Below, piece by piece: positions 5,983-14,961 of a DNA stretch of 41,937 nucleotides. The notes under the pieces were generated by a model. The model saw nothing but the letters and a program-made list of their open reading frames with translations, searched no databases and was not told the origin of the DNA. Origin of the DNA: a virus; the IMG/VR virus record IMGVR_UViG_3300031110_000003, positions 1 to 41,937 of that record; one strand, given 5' to 3'. Positions within the stretch are counted from its first letter, which is position 1. Each line of letters begins with the position of its first letter. A program made the position numbers and the translations under genes.

Positions 5983-6014
5983 CCCACTTAGCCAACCGGT
6001 TGAGTGGGTTTTTT
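5983..6014 (+). terminator. Second plus-strand terminator-like hairpin with a T6 run and no ORF upstream
   Basis: cccact (5983-5988) / agtggg (6003-6008) with a 14-nt loop, followed by tttttt (6009-6014). It abuts the stop codon of the minus-strand HTH gene. Confidence 0.45.
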
Positions 6015-6199
6015 CATTCTGGTAACCGCCAAGCAGGAAGGCCAAAGGCAAGAGCGGCACATGCCAAGCCGATATAGGCTGGAGCGCCCTCTGCCTTATA
6101 CTTAGCAACAGAGTTGCGTGATAGATCAAGCGTCCTTGCTGCTTCGCGCTCACTGAAGCCCATATGTTCGATCCAAGCACAAAAGTCTTTCGCTTCCAT
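6014..6199 (-). CDS. Small HTH DNA-binding regulator (61 aa)
   Basis: FCAWIEHMGFSEREAARTLDLSRNSVAKYKAEG is a helix-turn-helix pattern of the small Cro/YdaS-like type. It lies on the minus strand inside the accessory island. Confidence 0.65.
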   Translation of the reverse strand: MEAKDFCAWIEHMGFSEREAARTLDLSRNSVAKYKAEGAPAYIGLACAALAFGLPAWRLPE

Positions 6200-6255
6200 T
6201 GGATTTGCCCTATATTAAGGAAGGAACTGACCGCCTTAGCGGCCAGCCCCTTCAA

Positions 6256-6342
6256 TTACCTGCTGAGTTGGTCAATCATCATTGCAAGTGCGATGACCAG
6301 CTGGCAGGCTTGAAGGATAAGATTGAGCGTCTCGTAAGACAT
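6256..6342 (-). CDS. Micro-ORF: 28-aa peptide MSYETLNLILQACQLVIALAMMIDQLSR
   Basis: Hand translation. The ATG at 6342 has AAGGA 7 nt upstream. It sits 56 nt upstream of, and co-oriented with, the HTH gene. Moderately hydrophobic core. Confidence 0.4.
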   Translation of the reverse strand: MSYETLNLILQACQLVIALAMMIDQLSR

Positions 6343-6402
6343 TCTCTTTTCCTTCGGTACACTAGGAAAGAACCATTCTTTCCTCTCAGTGTGATTATAT
6401 TA

Positions 6403-6452
6403 TGGCTCATATTTGAGCCAAAGTCAACACATATTGGCATAAAATTGAGCCA
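6403..6452. promoter_or_regulatory. Operator-like inverted repeats in a divergent promoter region
   Basis: TGGCTCA-tatt-TGAGCCA is a perfect palindrome at 6403-6420. An imperfect copy TGGCAT-aaaat-TGAGCCA is at 6435-6452. TTGAGCCAAA is repeated exactly at 6413 and 6445 (32 bp apart). The region is AT-rich and lies between the minus-strand peptide/HTH unit and the plus-strand secreted-protein gene. Confidence 0.5.
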
Positions 6453-6527
6453 AATTATAATTATTTTGCAGCCGTTGGTCATTCCAGCGGCTTTTTTGTT
6501 TTCTGCAACCCAACAAGAGGTAAACAC

Positions 6528-6833
6528 ATGAAGCTGTTTCGAAGTCTGATCTTCGGCTGCGCTGCTATGCTCGCAGCTATCCTTTGCATGAGTGCGCCAG
6601 CATCGGCTGTTGATTACAGTCCGGGCGTGTATCAGATCCACTCAGTCAGTTATGATTATGTTGTGCCTGACGTTTTCAAAGCTGTCGCTGTTCTGCCAAC
6701 AGCCGTCGCGCTTCCAGATCGAAGTAGCAACGCCCATGCAGTTGCATACATTTGCCAGAACCAGCCCAACTCAGCATTCCGCCAGTCGGTCGAAGCCTAT
6801 TCGCATATCGACCCGCACATCAAAGCAGCCTGA
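6528..6833 (+). CDS. Small secreted protein with a Sec signal peptide (101 aa)
   Basis: MKLFRSLIFGCAAMLAAILCMSAPASA / VD is a classic signal peptide with an AXA site. AGAGG SD lies 7 nt upstream. Confidence 0.7.
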   Translation: MKLFRSLIFGCAAMLAAILCMSAPASAVDYSPGVYQIHSVSYDYVVPDVFKAVAVLPTAVALPDRSSNAHAVAYICQNQPNSAFRQSVEAYSHIDPHIKAA

Positions 6834-6998
6834 CATTGCTGGTTGTCACCCCGCCGTTCGTAACTGATCGGCGGCGGTGCTCATTTCCATCTTCTCAACG
6901 CGAGGGGATTGATATGAGCATCAAGATTTCATTTGGAGAGTTGAGGCAGGCGTTTAAGCGCCTACCCCTAATTCTAATCTGGAAATGTTTGCGTGAAG

Positions 6999-7139
6999 TT
7001 ATTTCTTCTGCTTCTCAGTATCTTTGATCTGAGTGGTGAAGCCGCCACCAACCTTGCTTGCCGACTTATCAGCCGCGGCTGACTTGTCCTTCTTAGGTTT
7101 GCGCACTTCACGATTACTGCGTACTTGGCCTTTTGCCAT
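6999..7139 (-). CDS. Small lysine-rich hydrophilic protein (46 aa) MAKGQVRSNREVRKPKKDKSAAADKSASKVGGGFTTQIKDTEKQKK
   Basis: Hand translation. It resembles the short MAKGQ..REx+KPKK proteins common in Rhizobiales, from memory and unverified. The SD is weak. It competes with a plus-strand 37-aa ORF at 6914..7027. Confidence 0.4.
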   Translation of the reverse strand: MAKGQVRSNREVRKPKKDKSAAADKSASKVGGGFTTQIKDTEKQKK

Positions 7140-7291
7140 GACGGAAACTTTCTTGCTTAAAGAGCGGAGTGTTCCAAACCTGCACAGATGTCCGTTCAGG
7201 TCATTTTGCTCTGGTTTAAGCCTATCACTAATGTCCCGCGCCTGTACGATAATTCAATGGACCGGATCGGCTATATGAGGATTGAGGAACG

Positions 7292-7381
7292 ATGACCGCC
7301 AAGCTTCTCGCTCTCTCTGCGTTTATAAAGAAATGGTTCAAGCCTAAGCCTTATTGGGCTGACGACAATGAACGGTGCTAA
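7292..7381 (+). CDS. Micro-ORF (29 aa) MTAKLLALSAFIKKWFKPKPYWADDNERC immediately upstream of terS
   Basis: GAGGA SD lies 3-5 nt upstream. The stop is 3 nt before the terS ATG. Confidence 0.35.
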   Translation: MTAKLLALSAFIKKWFKPKPYWADDNERC

Positions 7382-7384
7382 TTA

Positions 7385-7894
7385 ATGAGTGAGAATCGTG
7401 ACGAGAAAGGCCAGTTTCTAATAGGGCATTCGGAAGCAGGTCCGGGGCGTGACAGCCTCTATGATCCGTTGATGAATGACATGGTGAGAAAGCTCGCATT
7501 GCTGGGCCTCACAGATGAGGAAATGGCCAAGTTTTTCGGAGTGTCACAGCAAACGTTCTATAACTGGCAAAAAGAATTTCCCGCTTTTTTTGAGTCAGTC
7601 CAAGAAGGCAAGATTATTGCAGACGCTAACGTGGCTGACAGCCTCTATAAGCGCGCGACTGGCGAACACGTTGAGATTGAGAAGGCTTACCGGAATAAGA
7701 CAACAGGTGAAGTCGAACTCGTTAAGATCAAGCAATACATTCCCGGTGAAAGCGGCGCGGCTATGAACTGGTTGAAAAACCGCCGCAAGAATGATTGGCG
7801 CGACAAGCAAGAGCACGAGCTTACCGGCAAGGATGGCGGCGCAATCATCGTGAATACAGTCAAGCGGGTGGTTGTCGATCCAAAGGCGGATTGA
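7385..7894 (+). CDS. terS: Terminase small subunit (169 aa)
   Basis: HTH block LTDEEMAKFFGVSQQTFYNWQKEFPAFFESV and ...AAMNWLKNRRKNDWRDK are typical of small terminase proteins. It directly precedes terL. Confidence 0.8.
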   Translation: MSENRDEKGQFLIGHSEAGPGRDSLYDPLMNDMVRKLALLGLTDEEMAKFFGVSQQTFYNWQKEFPAFFESVQEGKIIADANVADSLYKRATGEHVEIEKAYRNKTTGEVELVKIKQYIPGESGAAMNWLKNRRKNDWRDKQEHELTGKDGGAIIVNTVKRVVVDPKAD

Positions 7895-9204
7895 TGAAAA
7901 CTGAAGAAATAGAAATTCCAACAGCGCGTGTATTTCTGCCGCTACTTGAACCGGCCCGTGATAAGGGCGCTTGGGGAGGTCGCGGTTCTGGCAAGTCTCA
8001 CTTCTTCGCTGGCATGCTGATTGAAGATAGCTTGGCAGAACCGGGAAACAGCGGTGGTGAAGGGCTTCGGTCTGTTTGCATCCGTGAAGTACAGAAGGAT
8101 CTGGCACAATCTTCCAAGGCATTGATTGAAGCAAAGCTTGCTTCTCTGCGCTTGGGTGAAGCTGACGGGTTCAAGGTTTACAAAACCGAGATATCAACGC
8201 CCGGCGATGGCCTGATGATCTTCAAGGGCATGCAGGAATATACCGCCGAAAGCATCAAGTCGCTGGAAGGTTTCAAGCGCTCTTGGTGGGAAGAAGCGCA
8301 AACAGCATCTAAAGGATCAATCAAGCTTCTCCGCCCGACAATGCGTGCTCCAGGCGCTCAAATGTGGTGGAGTTGGAACTCTCGCAGAAAGACTGATGCC
8401 GTTGACGTGATGCTCCGAGGTTCGGAGATACCAACAGGCGCTATCGTCGTTAACGCAAACTGGCGGGATAATCCTTGGTTTTCAGATGAACTGGAGCAAG
8501 AGCGTCTCGACTGTCTGAGAATAACGCCAGACGATTACGAGCATGTCTGGGAGGGCGGCTACGTGACAATCGCTTCTGGTGCTTATTTCGCCAAATCGCT
8601 GATTGAGGTGAAGAAAGAAGGCCGTATAGGCCGAGTATCTGCTGACCCGCTTATGACATTGCGGGCCTTTATCGATATTGGCGGAACAGGGGCTAGGGCG
8701 GACAGCTTCGCTATCTGGATTGCCCAATTCATAGGCAAGGAAGTGCGTGTCCTTGATTACTATGAGGTTCAAGGGCAACCAGCCGCCGCTCATATCAATT
8801 GGCTGCGAGGTAAAGGCTTCTCGCCCGACAGGTGTCAGATTTGGCTCCCTCATGACGGTTCAACGCAAGACCGCGTGCATGACGCCTCATATGAGGGATA
8901 CTTTCGACAGGCTGGTTACAAGGTGACTGTCATCCCCAATCAGGGGCGCGGTGCTGCAACCATGCGTATTGAGGCCGCTCGACGCCTGTTCCCTTCCATC
9001 TGGTTCAATGAGGAAACAACACAAGCAGGACGTGACGCGCTCGGCTGGTATCATGAAAAGCGCGATGAGCAGCGCGGCATTGGCTTAGGGCCAGAACATG
9101 ATTGGGCTTCACACGGCGCTGACGCTTTCGGCCTGATGTGTGTTGCATACGACGAGCCAAAGAAAAAAGATGATTGGGGTTTCCAAGCCCGCAAGGTGGT
9201 GTAA
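7894..9204 (+). CDS. terL: Terminase large subunit (436 aa)
   Basis: Walker A WGGRGSGKSHFFA near the N-terminus, with a nuclease-type C-terminal half. ATGA overlap with terS. Confidence 0.9.
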   Translation: MKTEEIEIPTARVFLPLLEPARDKGAWGGRGSGKSHFFAGMLIEDSLAEPGNSGGEGLRSVCIREVQKDLAQSSKALIEAKLASLRLGEADGFKVYKTEISTPGDGLMIFKGMQEYTAESIKSLEGFKRSWWEEAQTASKGSIKLLRPTMRAPGAQMWWSWNSRRKTDAVDVMLRGSEIPTGAIVVNANWRDNPWFSDELEQERLDCLRITPDDYEHVWEGGYVTIASGAYFAKSLIEVKKEGRIGRVSADPLMTLRAFIDIGGTGARADSFAIWIAQFIGKEVRVLDYYEVQGQPAAAHINWLRGKGFSPDRCQIWLPHDGSTQDRVHDASYEGYFRQAGYKVTVIPNQGRGAATMRIEAARRLFPSIWFNEETTQAGRDALGWYHEKRDEQRGIGLGPEHDWASHGADAFGLMCVAYDEPKKKDDWGFQARKVV

Positions 9205-11459
9205 TGGCTGAACGTGAAAAACGCATGGATGACGAGCAGCTTTGCACTGTCGTCGGCGCCATGGTCAAAGACGCAGAGAGCTATCGCACGGAGCGTTCTG
9301 TCGAGCGCATCAAAGCCACTGAGTATTTTGACGGCGATATGAAGGACGTGCCGGTTGACGATGGCAGATCCCGTGTTGTGTCGCGTGATGTTCGGTCAGC
9401 GGTTAAAAAGCTTCTGCCGTCCGTCATCCGCACCATTCTCGGTAACGACGAGATTGTTGAGTACGCGCCAATTGCAGAAGGTGATGAGGGCGGTGCAGAG
9501 CAGGCAACTGATTACGTGAATTACATTGCGCTGCCGGAATGTAATGGCCGCCAAGCTATTGAAGACGCAATCAACGACGCGCTGCGCCTTCGCAATGGCA
9601 TCCTCAAATGGTGGCAGCAGGAAATCATCGACGTAAAGGTTACGCGACACAGCGGCCTCGATGAAATGGCCTTTGTTCAGCTTGTCAGCGACGATGATGT
9701 TGAAGTGCTTGAGCATTCTGAGCGCGAGGAAACAATCGACGCGCCAGAGGGACCGATGGTCATCTCTGCGCATGACGTGAAGATACGCCGCCGTATCATT
9801 ACATCGCTGCCGATGATCAAAGCGCTCCCGCTTGAAAACTGGCTTATCCATCCTGATGCAATCCGCCTGGACGATAGCCCGATACTGGGTGAGAACTACC
9901 GCATTCGCCGGTCTGATCTGGTCAAGATGGGGTATGACCGCGCCGTAGTGGATAAACTTCCCGCTTCCGGCAATAACTCGACAGAGCAGGAAGCAGAAGA
10001 AGACGCGCGCCGCCGTGATGTGTTCACGCAGGACAATGTGCAGGCTACAGCGCTGGATGAGATTGACTTCTACGATCTGCTTGTGCGTGTGGATTTTGAT
10101 GATGATGGCATCGCAGAGCTTCGCCGTATGGTGTTTGCTGGCGGGATCAAAGCCGAATACTTGCTGGAAAATACCGAGTGGGACGAGATCAATTACGCTG
10201 ATATTGTCTCTGAGCGCAGGCCGCATCAGTGGGAAGGCAACTCCATCCCTGATGATGTGATGGAAATCCAAAAGATCAAGACTGTTCTCCTGCGCCAGAC
10301 CATGGATAATCTTTACTGGCAGAATAATCTCCAGCCGATTGTGCAGGAGGGCCAGATTGTTAATCCCGGCTCGGTGCTTAATCCGAAGTTCGGTGAACCG
10401 ATCCGCGTTTCTCAAGGCGTCGATGTGCGTGCTGCTGTTGGTTACAATCAGGTGCCAATGGTTGCCGATAAGTCGTTCAACATGTTGGCCTATATGGATC
10501 AGGAAGTGACCGATCGCACCGGCATTTCGGATGCATCAAGCGGGATGGCTCCAGATGCTCTGCAAAACATGACAGCTAAAGCCACAGCGCTTGTTGAGCA
10601 GTCTGGAATTGGACAAACAGAACTTATGGTGCGCTGCATCGCGGAAAGCCTCAAGCCGGTATTCCGTGGCCTGCTCAAGCTGATTATCGAACATCAGGAT
10701 AAGCCACGCACTGTCCGGCTTCGCAATAAATGGGAAACGTTTGATCCGCGTTCATGGGACGCGAACATGGATGCGATTGTCAATGTCGGGCTTGGTGCCG
10801 GTACTCGCGAGCGCGACATGATGGCAATGCAGCAGGTCATAGCCCTTCAAAAGGAAATACTTGCTTCTATGGGCACTGTCGGCATGCAGTATGTAACGCC
10901 AGACAATCTCTACAACGCGATTTCTAAGATGGTGGAATCGGCTGGTCTCAAGTCCGTGAACTTGTACTTCACGAAGCCTGATCCGCAGGCGATACAGCAA
11001 GCCATTCAGCAGCAGTCGCAGCAGCCAAGCCCAGAGGAAATCAAAGCCAACTCTGCCAAAGAGCTTGAGCAGATTCGCACGCAAGGCAAAATGCAGGTTG
11101 AAGGCTTCAAGTCTCAAACCAAGATGGTTGAGTTTGATAAGAAAATGCAAGCCGATGCTGTCAAGGAGCGGGAACAGCGTGATGCAGACCTGCATGTCAA
11201 TCTCGCTGAATTGGACCGTGAAAGCGAGGGCCGCCGTCAGCAGATGGTTGTTGACGCACAGCGTGATGCTGATCGCAATCAGACCGATATTGATAAAGCT
11301 CTGATCAGCCAGCAGACAGAGCGCGAATGGATGGATACCCAGTTCACCATTCAAGCTATGCGCAATGCGGCTGACGTGCAGAAGGCAGAAGCGACAGGAA
11401 TCAACAAGACGTTTGACCGCGCGCCAGACGGCAATAAGCAAGGCAGGACAGGGCGATGA
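9204..11459 (+). CDS. Portal protein with a long charged C-terminal coiled-coil extension (751 aa)
   Basis: Called from size and position after terL (TAATG overlap). The C-terminal ~150 aa are rich in Q/E/K/R/D. Confidence 0.8.
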   Translation: MAEREKRMDDEQLCTVVGAMVKDAESYRTERSVERIKATEYFDGDMKDVPVDDGRSRVVSRDVRSAVKKLLPSVIRTILGNDEIVEYAPIAEGDEGGAEQATDYVNYIALPECNGRQAIEDAINDALRLRNGILKWWQQEIIDVKVTRHSGLDEMAFVQLVSDDDVEVLEHSEREETIDAPEGPMVISAHDVKIRRRIITSLPMIKALPLENWLIHPDAIRLDDSPILGENYRIRRSDLVKMGYDRAVVDKLPASGNNSTEQEAEEDARRRDVFTQDNVQATALDEIDFYDLLVRVDFDDDGIAELRRMVFAGGIKAEYLLENTEWDEINYADIVSERRPHQWEGNSIPDDVMEIQKIKTVLLRQTMDNLYWQNNLQPIVQEGQIVNPGSVLNPKFGEPIRVSQGVDVRAAVGYNQVPMVADKSFNMLAYMDQEVTDRTGISDASSGMAPDALQNMTAKATALVEQSGIGQTELMVRCIAESLKPVFRGLLKLIIEHQDKPRTVRLRNKWETFDPRSWDANMDAIVNVGLGAGTRERDMMAMQQVIALQKEILASMGTVGMQYVTPDNLYNAISKMVESAGLKSVNLYFTKPDPQAIQQAIQQQSQQPSPEEIKANSAKELEQIRTQGKMQVEGFKSQTKMVEFDKKMQADAVKEREQRDADLHVNLAELDRESEGRRQQMVVDAQRDADRNQTDIDKALISQQTEREWMDTQFTIQAMRNAADVQKAEATGINKTFDRAPDGNKQGRTGR

Positions 11460-11695
11460 ACGACGATGAACGTCGCCGCGCTGCTCAGGCTCTGCGCGAA
11501 ATCCCTTTCTTCAACGAACTCTGGAATGAGTTTGAGCAGGCAGCAATTAATGCATGCCTGAATGCCAAATACGATGATCACGAGGCCCGCCAAGCGCATG
11601 CAGCAGAAGCCCGTATCATCCGCAGATTCCGCTCACGGTTGGAAGCCATAGCAAACGAAGGCCAATCCACACTGAGCCGAAAAGCGCCAGCATAG
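11456..11695 (+). CDS. Hypothetical head-module protein (79 aa)
   Basis: ATGA overlap with the portal stop. Helical, protein-like composition. Confidence 0.6.
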   Translation: MNDDERRRAAQALREIPFFNELWNEFEQAAINACLNAKYDDHEARQAHAAEARIIRRFRSRLEAIANEGQSTLSRKAPA

Positions 11696-11724
11696 GGCTG
11701 GCGACAACTCCCCAAGAGGAAATC

Positions 11725-12702
11725 ATGACAGGCGAAACCGACAACCTGCCCTTGGGCGGGACCGATAACGCGACCCCTCCGACTGCTCTCGATCACCCAG
11801 ACAATCTGAATTTTCTTGAACCCGATGACGAATTGGACAATCACGAAGCTCAGCAGCACGGGACCGATGACGAACGCGAGCCAGTTGAGATCAACGATGG
11901 TCAAGAGACTGACCAGCCAGAGTTTCTGGACGATACTGACCCCGCATTGGAAGCGGAACAGCCGGAAGGCTCGGAAGCTGCAATCAAGGATGATGTGGTT
12001 GTCACGGTAAATGGTGAACAGGTGGCCTTGGGCGACCTTAAAGCCGGATACATGAAACAGGCGGACTATAGCCGAAAGACACAGGAGCTTAGCAATAAGC
12101 GCCGTGATCTGGAGGTTCTCTCAACCCGCGTTCAGCACTCAGTGAATGCGATCGCACAGTTCCTAACGAACCAAATCCCACCTATGCCTGATGCAAGTCT
12201 GGCGATGACCGATCCAAGCCGCTACGTGCGGGAAAAGGCAGTGCATGAAAATGCCATGTCTCAGGTCACGCAGGTGTTGCAGCAATCCGGCGATGTTGTT
12301 GGTGTGGCGAACACGCTCACTGCTGAGCAGCGTTCTGAAGTCCTCGCGACGGAAAACGCCAAGCTTGCAGAAGCATTCCCACAGACAGCCACGCAGGAAG
12401 GACGCCAGAAATTCTTTGAGCGCGCAGCCGGTGCAGCCCAACATTTCGGTTACACACAAGCCGAAATTGGCGAAGTAACGGATCATCGCATGTTCGCTCT
12501 CGCTCATTATGCCAAGATTGGCATTGAGGCCGAGGCAGCACGCAAGAAAGCGCGTGAAAAGGTTGCTGACGTTCCCCCAGTTGCACCGCAGCGCAGACAA
12601 CAGGGGCAGAATGCAGGGAAAGTTCAGGCCAACAGGGACGCGATTAAGCGGTTGAACGAAACCGGATCGATCCATGACGCAATGCGGATCGATTTTGATT
12701 GA
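11725..12702 (+). CDS. Putative scaffolding protein (325 aa)
   Basis: Lies between portal and capsid genes. Strongly acidic N-terminal third and helical remainder. AGAGGA SD. Confidence 0.6.
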   Translation: MTGETDNLPLGGTDNATPPTALDHPDNLNFLEPDDELDNHEAQQHGTDDEREPVEINDGQETDQPEFLDDTDPALEAEQPEGSEAAIKDDVVVTVNGEQVALGDLKAGYMKQADYSRKTQELSNKRRDLEVLSTRVQHSVNAIAQFLTNQIPPMPDASLAMTDPSRYVREKAVHENAMSQVTQVLQQSGDVVGVANTLTAEQRSEVLATENAKLAEAFPQTATQEGRQKFFERAAGAAQHFGYTQAEIGEVTDHRMFALAHYAKIGIEAEAARKKAREKVADVPPVAPQRRQQGQNAGKVQANRDAIKRLNETGSIHDAMRIDFD

Positions 12703-12727
12703 TCATCTTTGTTCATAGGAGGCCATA

Positions 12728-13723
12728 ATGGCTGCTCTTGCAAATACGTACCGCACGACAAACGCTGTCGGTAATCGCGAAGAACTTTCGGACGTTGTGA
12801 ACCGCATCACGCCCGAAGATACCCCAATTTATTCTCTCATTCCGAAAGGCAAGGTCGTTTCTGTCCATCCTGAATGGGAAACGGATGATCTGGCTGCTCC
12901 TGCCGCGAATATCCAGGCTGAAGGCGATGAATACGCGTTCAATGCGGTGACACCGCCTGATCGCATGGGCAACTACACCCAGATTATGCGCAAAACCTTC
13001 ATTGTTTCGGGCACGCAGGAAGTTGTCGATAACGCGGGCAATGTTGAAAAGACCAAGTACCAGAAGCTCAAGAAGGGCGTCGAAATCCGCAAGGACGTGG
13101 AGTTTGGTATCGTCAGCAATACACCATCGCTTGGCGGTAACACGCGTCAGTTTGGCTCTCTGCCTTCATGGTTGAAAACCAACGTGTCGCGCGGTGCAAC
13201 TGGGGCAAACGGTGGCTTTGACGCAGGCACGGGTCTGACGGTTGCAGCAACGAATGGTACGCAGCGCGCTTTCTCGAAGGCGCTCGTCGATAACGTCATG
13301 GAACAGACCTACAAGTCGGGCGGCAATGTTCGTCACCTTGTTGTTTCTCCATATGTGAAAAGCGTGTTCGTTAAGTTCATGTCTGACGCAAACGTGGCTT
13401 CATTCCGCTATGCAGCTTCGGCTGATGGTCGCAAGACTATCGTTGCGAATGCTGATGTGTATGAAGGCCCGTTCGGTAAGGTGCTTGTGCATCCAAACCG
13501 TGTCATGGCAACCGCTGCGACGGCTCGCAATGCCTTTTTCATTGATACTGATATGCTGAGCTTTGACTGGCTTCGTTCGATCAAGGAAGACAAGGAAGCC
13601 GGTAGCGTCAAGACAGGCGATGCTCATAAGGGCGTTCTGCTTGGCGAAGGCACTCTCAAAGTGAAAAACGAGAAAGGCCTAGGCGTCATTGCTGACGTGT
13701 TCGGCCTGACCGAAACCACTTAA
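12728..13723 (+). CDS. Major capsid protein (331 aa)
   Basis: The N-terminal pattern REELSDVVNRITPEDTPIYSLI...EWETDDL...NYTQIMRKTFIVSGT is typical of a widespread HK97-fold capsid family. AGGAGG SD upstream and a strong terminator after the gene. Confidence 0.8.
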   Translation: MAALANTYRTTNAVGNREELSDVVNRITPEDTPIYSLIPKGKVVSVHPEWETDDLAAPAANIQAEGDEYAFNAVTPPDRMGNYTQIMRKTFIVSGTQEVVDNAGNVEKTKYQKLKKGVEIRKDVEFGIVSNTPSLGGNTRQFGSLPSWLKTNVSRGATGANGGFDAGTGLTVAATNGTQRAFSKALVDNVMEQTYKSGGNVRHLVVSPYVKSVFVKFMSDANVASFRYAASADGRKTIVANADVYEGPFGKVLVHPNRVMATAATARNAFFIDTDMLSFDWLRSIKEDKEAGSVKTGDAHKGVLLGEGTLKVKNEKGLGVIADVFGLTETT

Positions 13724-13747
13724 TCCTCCGCGCAAAACTGAACGTAA

Positions 13748-13779
13748 AGGGCTGGCATCCGCTGGCCCTTTTTCTTTTC
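13748..13779 (+). terminator. Terminator/attenuator after the capsid gene
   Basis: agggctggc / gctggccct stem (with G-U pairs), loop atcc, followed by tttttctttt. Confidence 0.6.
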
Positions 13780-13795
13780 AACCAAGGAGTTGGAT

Positions 13796-14071
13796 ATGAC
13801 TGAGAACACAAATCAGCAGACCCCTGCCGTTACGCAGAGCGCGGAACAAGTAGCAGCTGCGCCCGCAACCACGACTGCGCCGCAGCAAGACGCAAACACC
13901 GCCCGCAAGAAGACTGCGCCGCAGCTTATTGAAGTTTCTATCAAGCGTGATTTTTGGGATGCAGACGGCGAGCGACATGTAGCTGGCACGATTGTTTCTG
14001 TCCCAATCGAAGCCGCGCTTGAAGGCATCGAAACCGGCGCTCTCGCTCGCGTTAAAAAGGGCGATAAATAA
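13796..14071 (+). CDS. Hypothetical head protein (91 aa)
   Basis: AAGGAG lies 6 nt upstream of the ATG at 13796 (the ORF-track start at 13790 is TTG). Low-complexity N-terminus. Confidence 0.65.
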   Translation: MTENTNQQTPAVTQSAEQVAAAPATTTAPQQDANTARKKTAPQLIEVSIKRDFWDADGERHVAGTIVSVPIEAALEGIETGALARVKKGDK

Positions 14072-14072
14072 T

Positions 14073-14396
14073 ATGGCAATACGGGACGGCGATTTCGTTT
14101 TGGTGGACTACGACCATTTCTCAGGTCGTTCCGTATGGTCGATGTTTAACGGTGAAAAGACAGTTTATCGCATTGATTACCCAGTCGATAAACTTGTTAC
14201 GCAAAACCAGACCGAGCGCAACAACGCGCCACAGGGCTGGCAGGGTGACTGGCACAAGGTCGCTAGCGTGCCCCTGAATATGGCTTACGACAGCGGGCTT
14301 GTTGAAGCCATGAACCAGAACGACGACAAATTCATAAGCCGCATGCTGAACGACAGTGACAACCGTGCGTGGAGGACGAAAGATGGCCGCGTTTAA
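14073..14396 (+). CDS. Hypothetical virion protein (107 aa)
   Basis: The ATG follows the previous stop by 1 nt. Ordinary composition. Confidence 0.6.
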   Translation: MAIRDGDFVLVDYDHFSGRSVWSMFNGEKTVYRIDYPVDKLVTQNQTERNNAPQGWQGDWHKVASVPLNMAYDSGLVEAMNQNDDKFISRMLNDSDNRAWRTKDGRV

Positions 14397-14961
14397 GGAC
14401 TATCTCGACCTACGGCTTGCGGTATCAGATCTCGTAGGCAGCAGAACTATTTCTGACGTAATGCCGCGCCTTGTCGCTATGGCAGAGGCAGACCTAAATC
14501 GAAAACTGCGCTGTCGACAAATGATCGTGACAGATACGCTATATTTCGAGGAAGGCGAGGCACAGTTGCCAGCCAACTATCTCGAAATGATTGGCTTACA
14601 GGTTGGGCCTCATCGCCGCATCAAACAAGGCTCTCTCACGCAGGCGCGTGATGGTAGAGCCTATGCTGTAACTGGCAGCTATATCTATCTCAGCAACGGG
14701 ACATTTGAAGCGCAGGCTGATTACTACGCCAGGCTTACCCCGCTTAAGTGCTCTCCAGCCTGCACGAATTGGCTTCTGAGCGATTATCCGGACGTGTATC
14801 TCTACGCAGTTGCACTCCAAGCCGCCAAGCACCTCCGCGATCCGGAAACAGCGATGACGTTAACTCCGATGTTGGGTGATGCGGTGCAGGCAACTCGCGT
14901 TGATGATGAGCGCGCGCAATGGGCGCAGGGTGTAGTCCGCGTTGCAGGAGTAACCCCATGA
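14383..14961 (+). CDS. Putative head-tail adaptor/neck protein (192 aa)
   Basis: GGAGGA SD. The N-terminal FKDYLDLRLAVSDL...VAMAEADLNRKLRCRQM resembles adaptor-type proteins. The function is assigned mainly by position. Confidence 0.45.
   Translation: MAAFKDYLDLRLAVSDLVGSRTISDVMPRLVAMAEADLNRKLRCRQMIVTDTLYFEEGEAQLPANYLEMIGLQVGPHRRIKQGSLTQARDGRAYAVTGSYIYLSNGTFEAQADYYARLTPLKCSPACTNWLLSDYPDVYLYAVALQAAKHLRDPETAMTLTPMLGDAVQATRVDDERAQWAQGVVRVAGVTP

Noticed and set aside
6199-6641. 110-aa plus-strand and 120-aa minus-strand ORFs across the AT-rich divergent promoter region
   Set aside because: Both run through the palindromic operator region and the hairpin plus T-run at about 6470-6497. They have odd composition (Ile/Leu/Phe runs) and non-ATG or unsupported starts.
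6914-7027. 37-aa plus-strand ORF MSIKISFGELRQAFKRLPLILIWKCLREVISSASQYL as a definite gene
   Set aside because: It has a good SD, but it overlaps the minus-strand Lys-rich ORF and has no recognisable features. I left it unresolved rather than annotating it.
9396-11441. Long minus-strand ORFs (339 aa and 229 aa) inside the portal gene
   Set aside because: They are shadow ORFs antisense to a 751-aa gene that sits in canonical terL-portal-scaffold-capsid order. Neither has a start signal or a recognisable motif.
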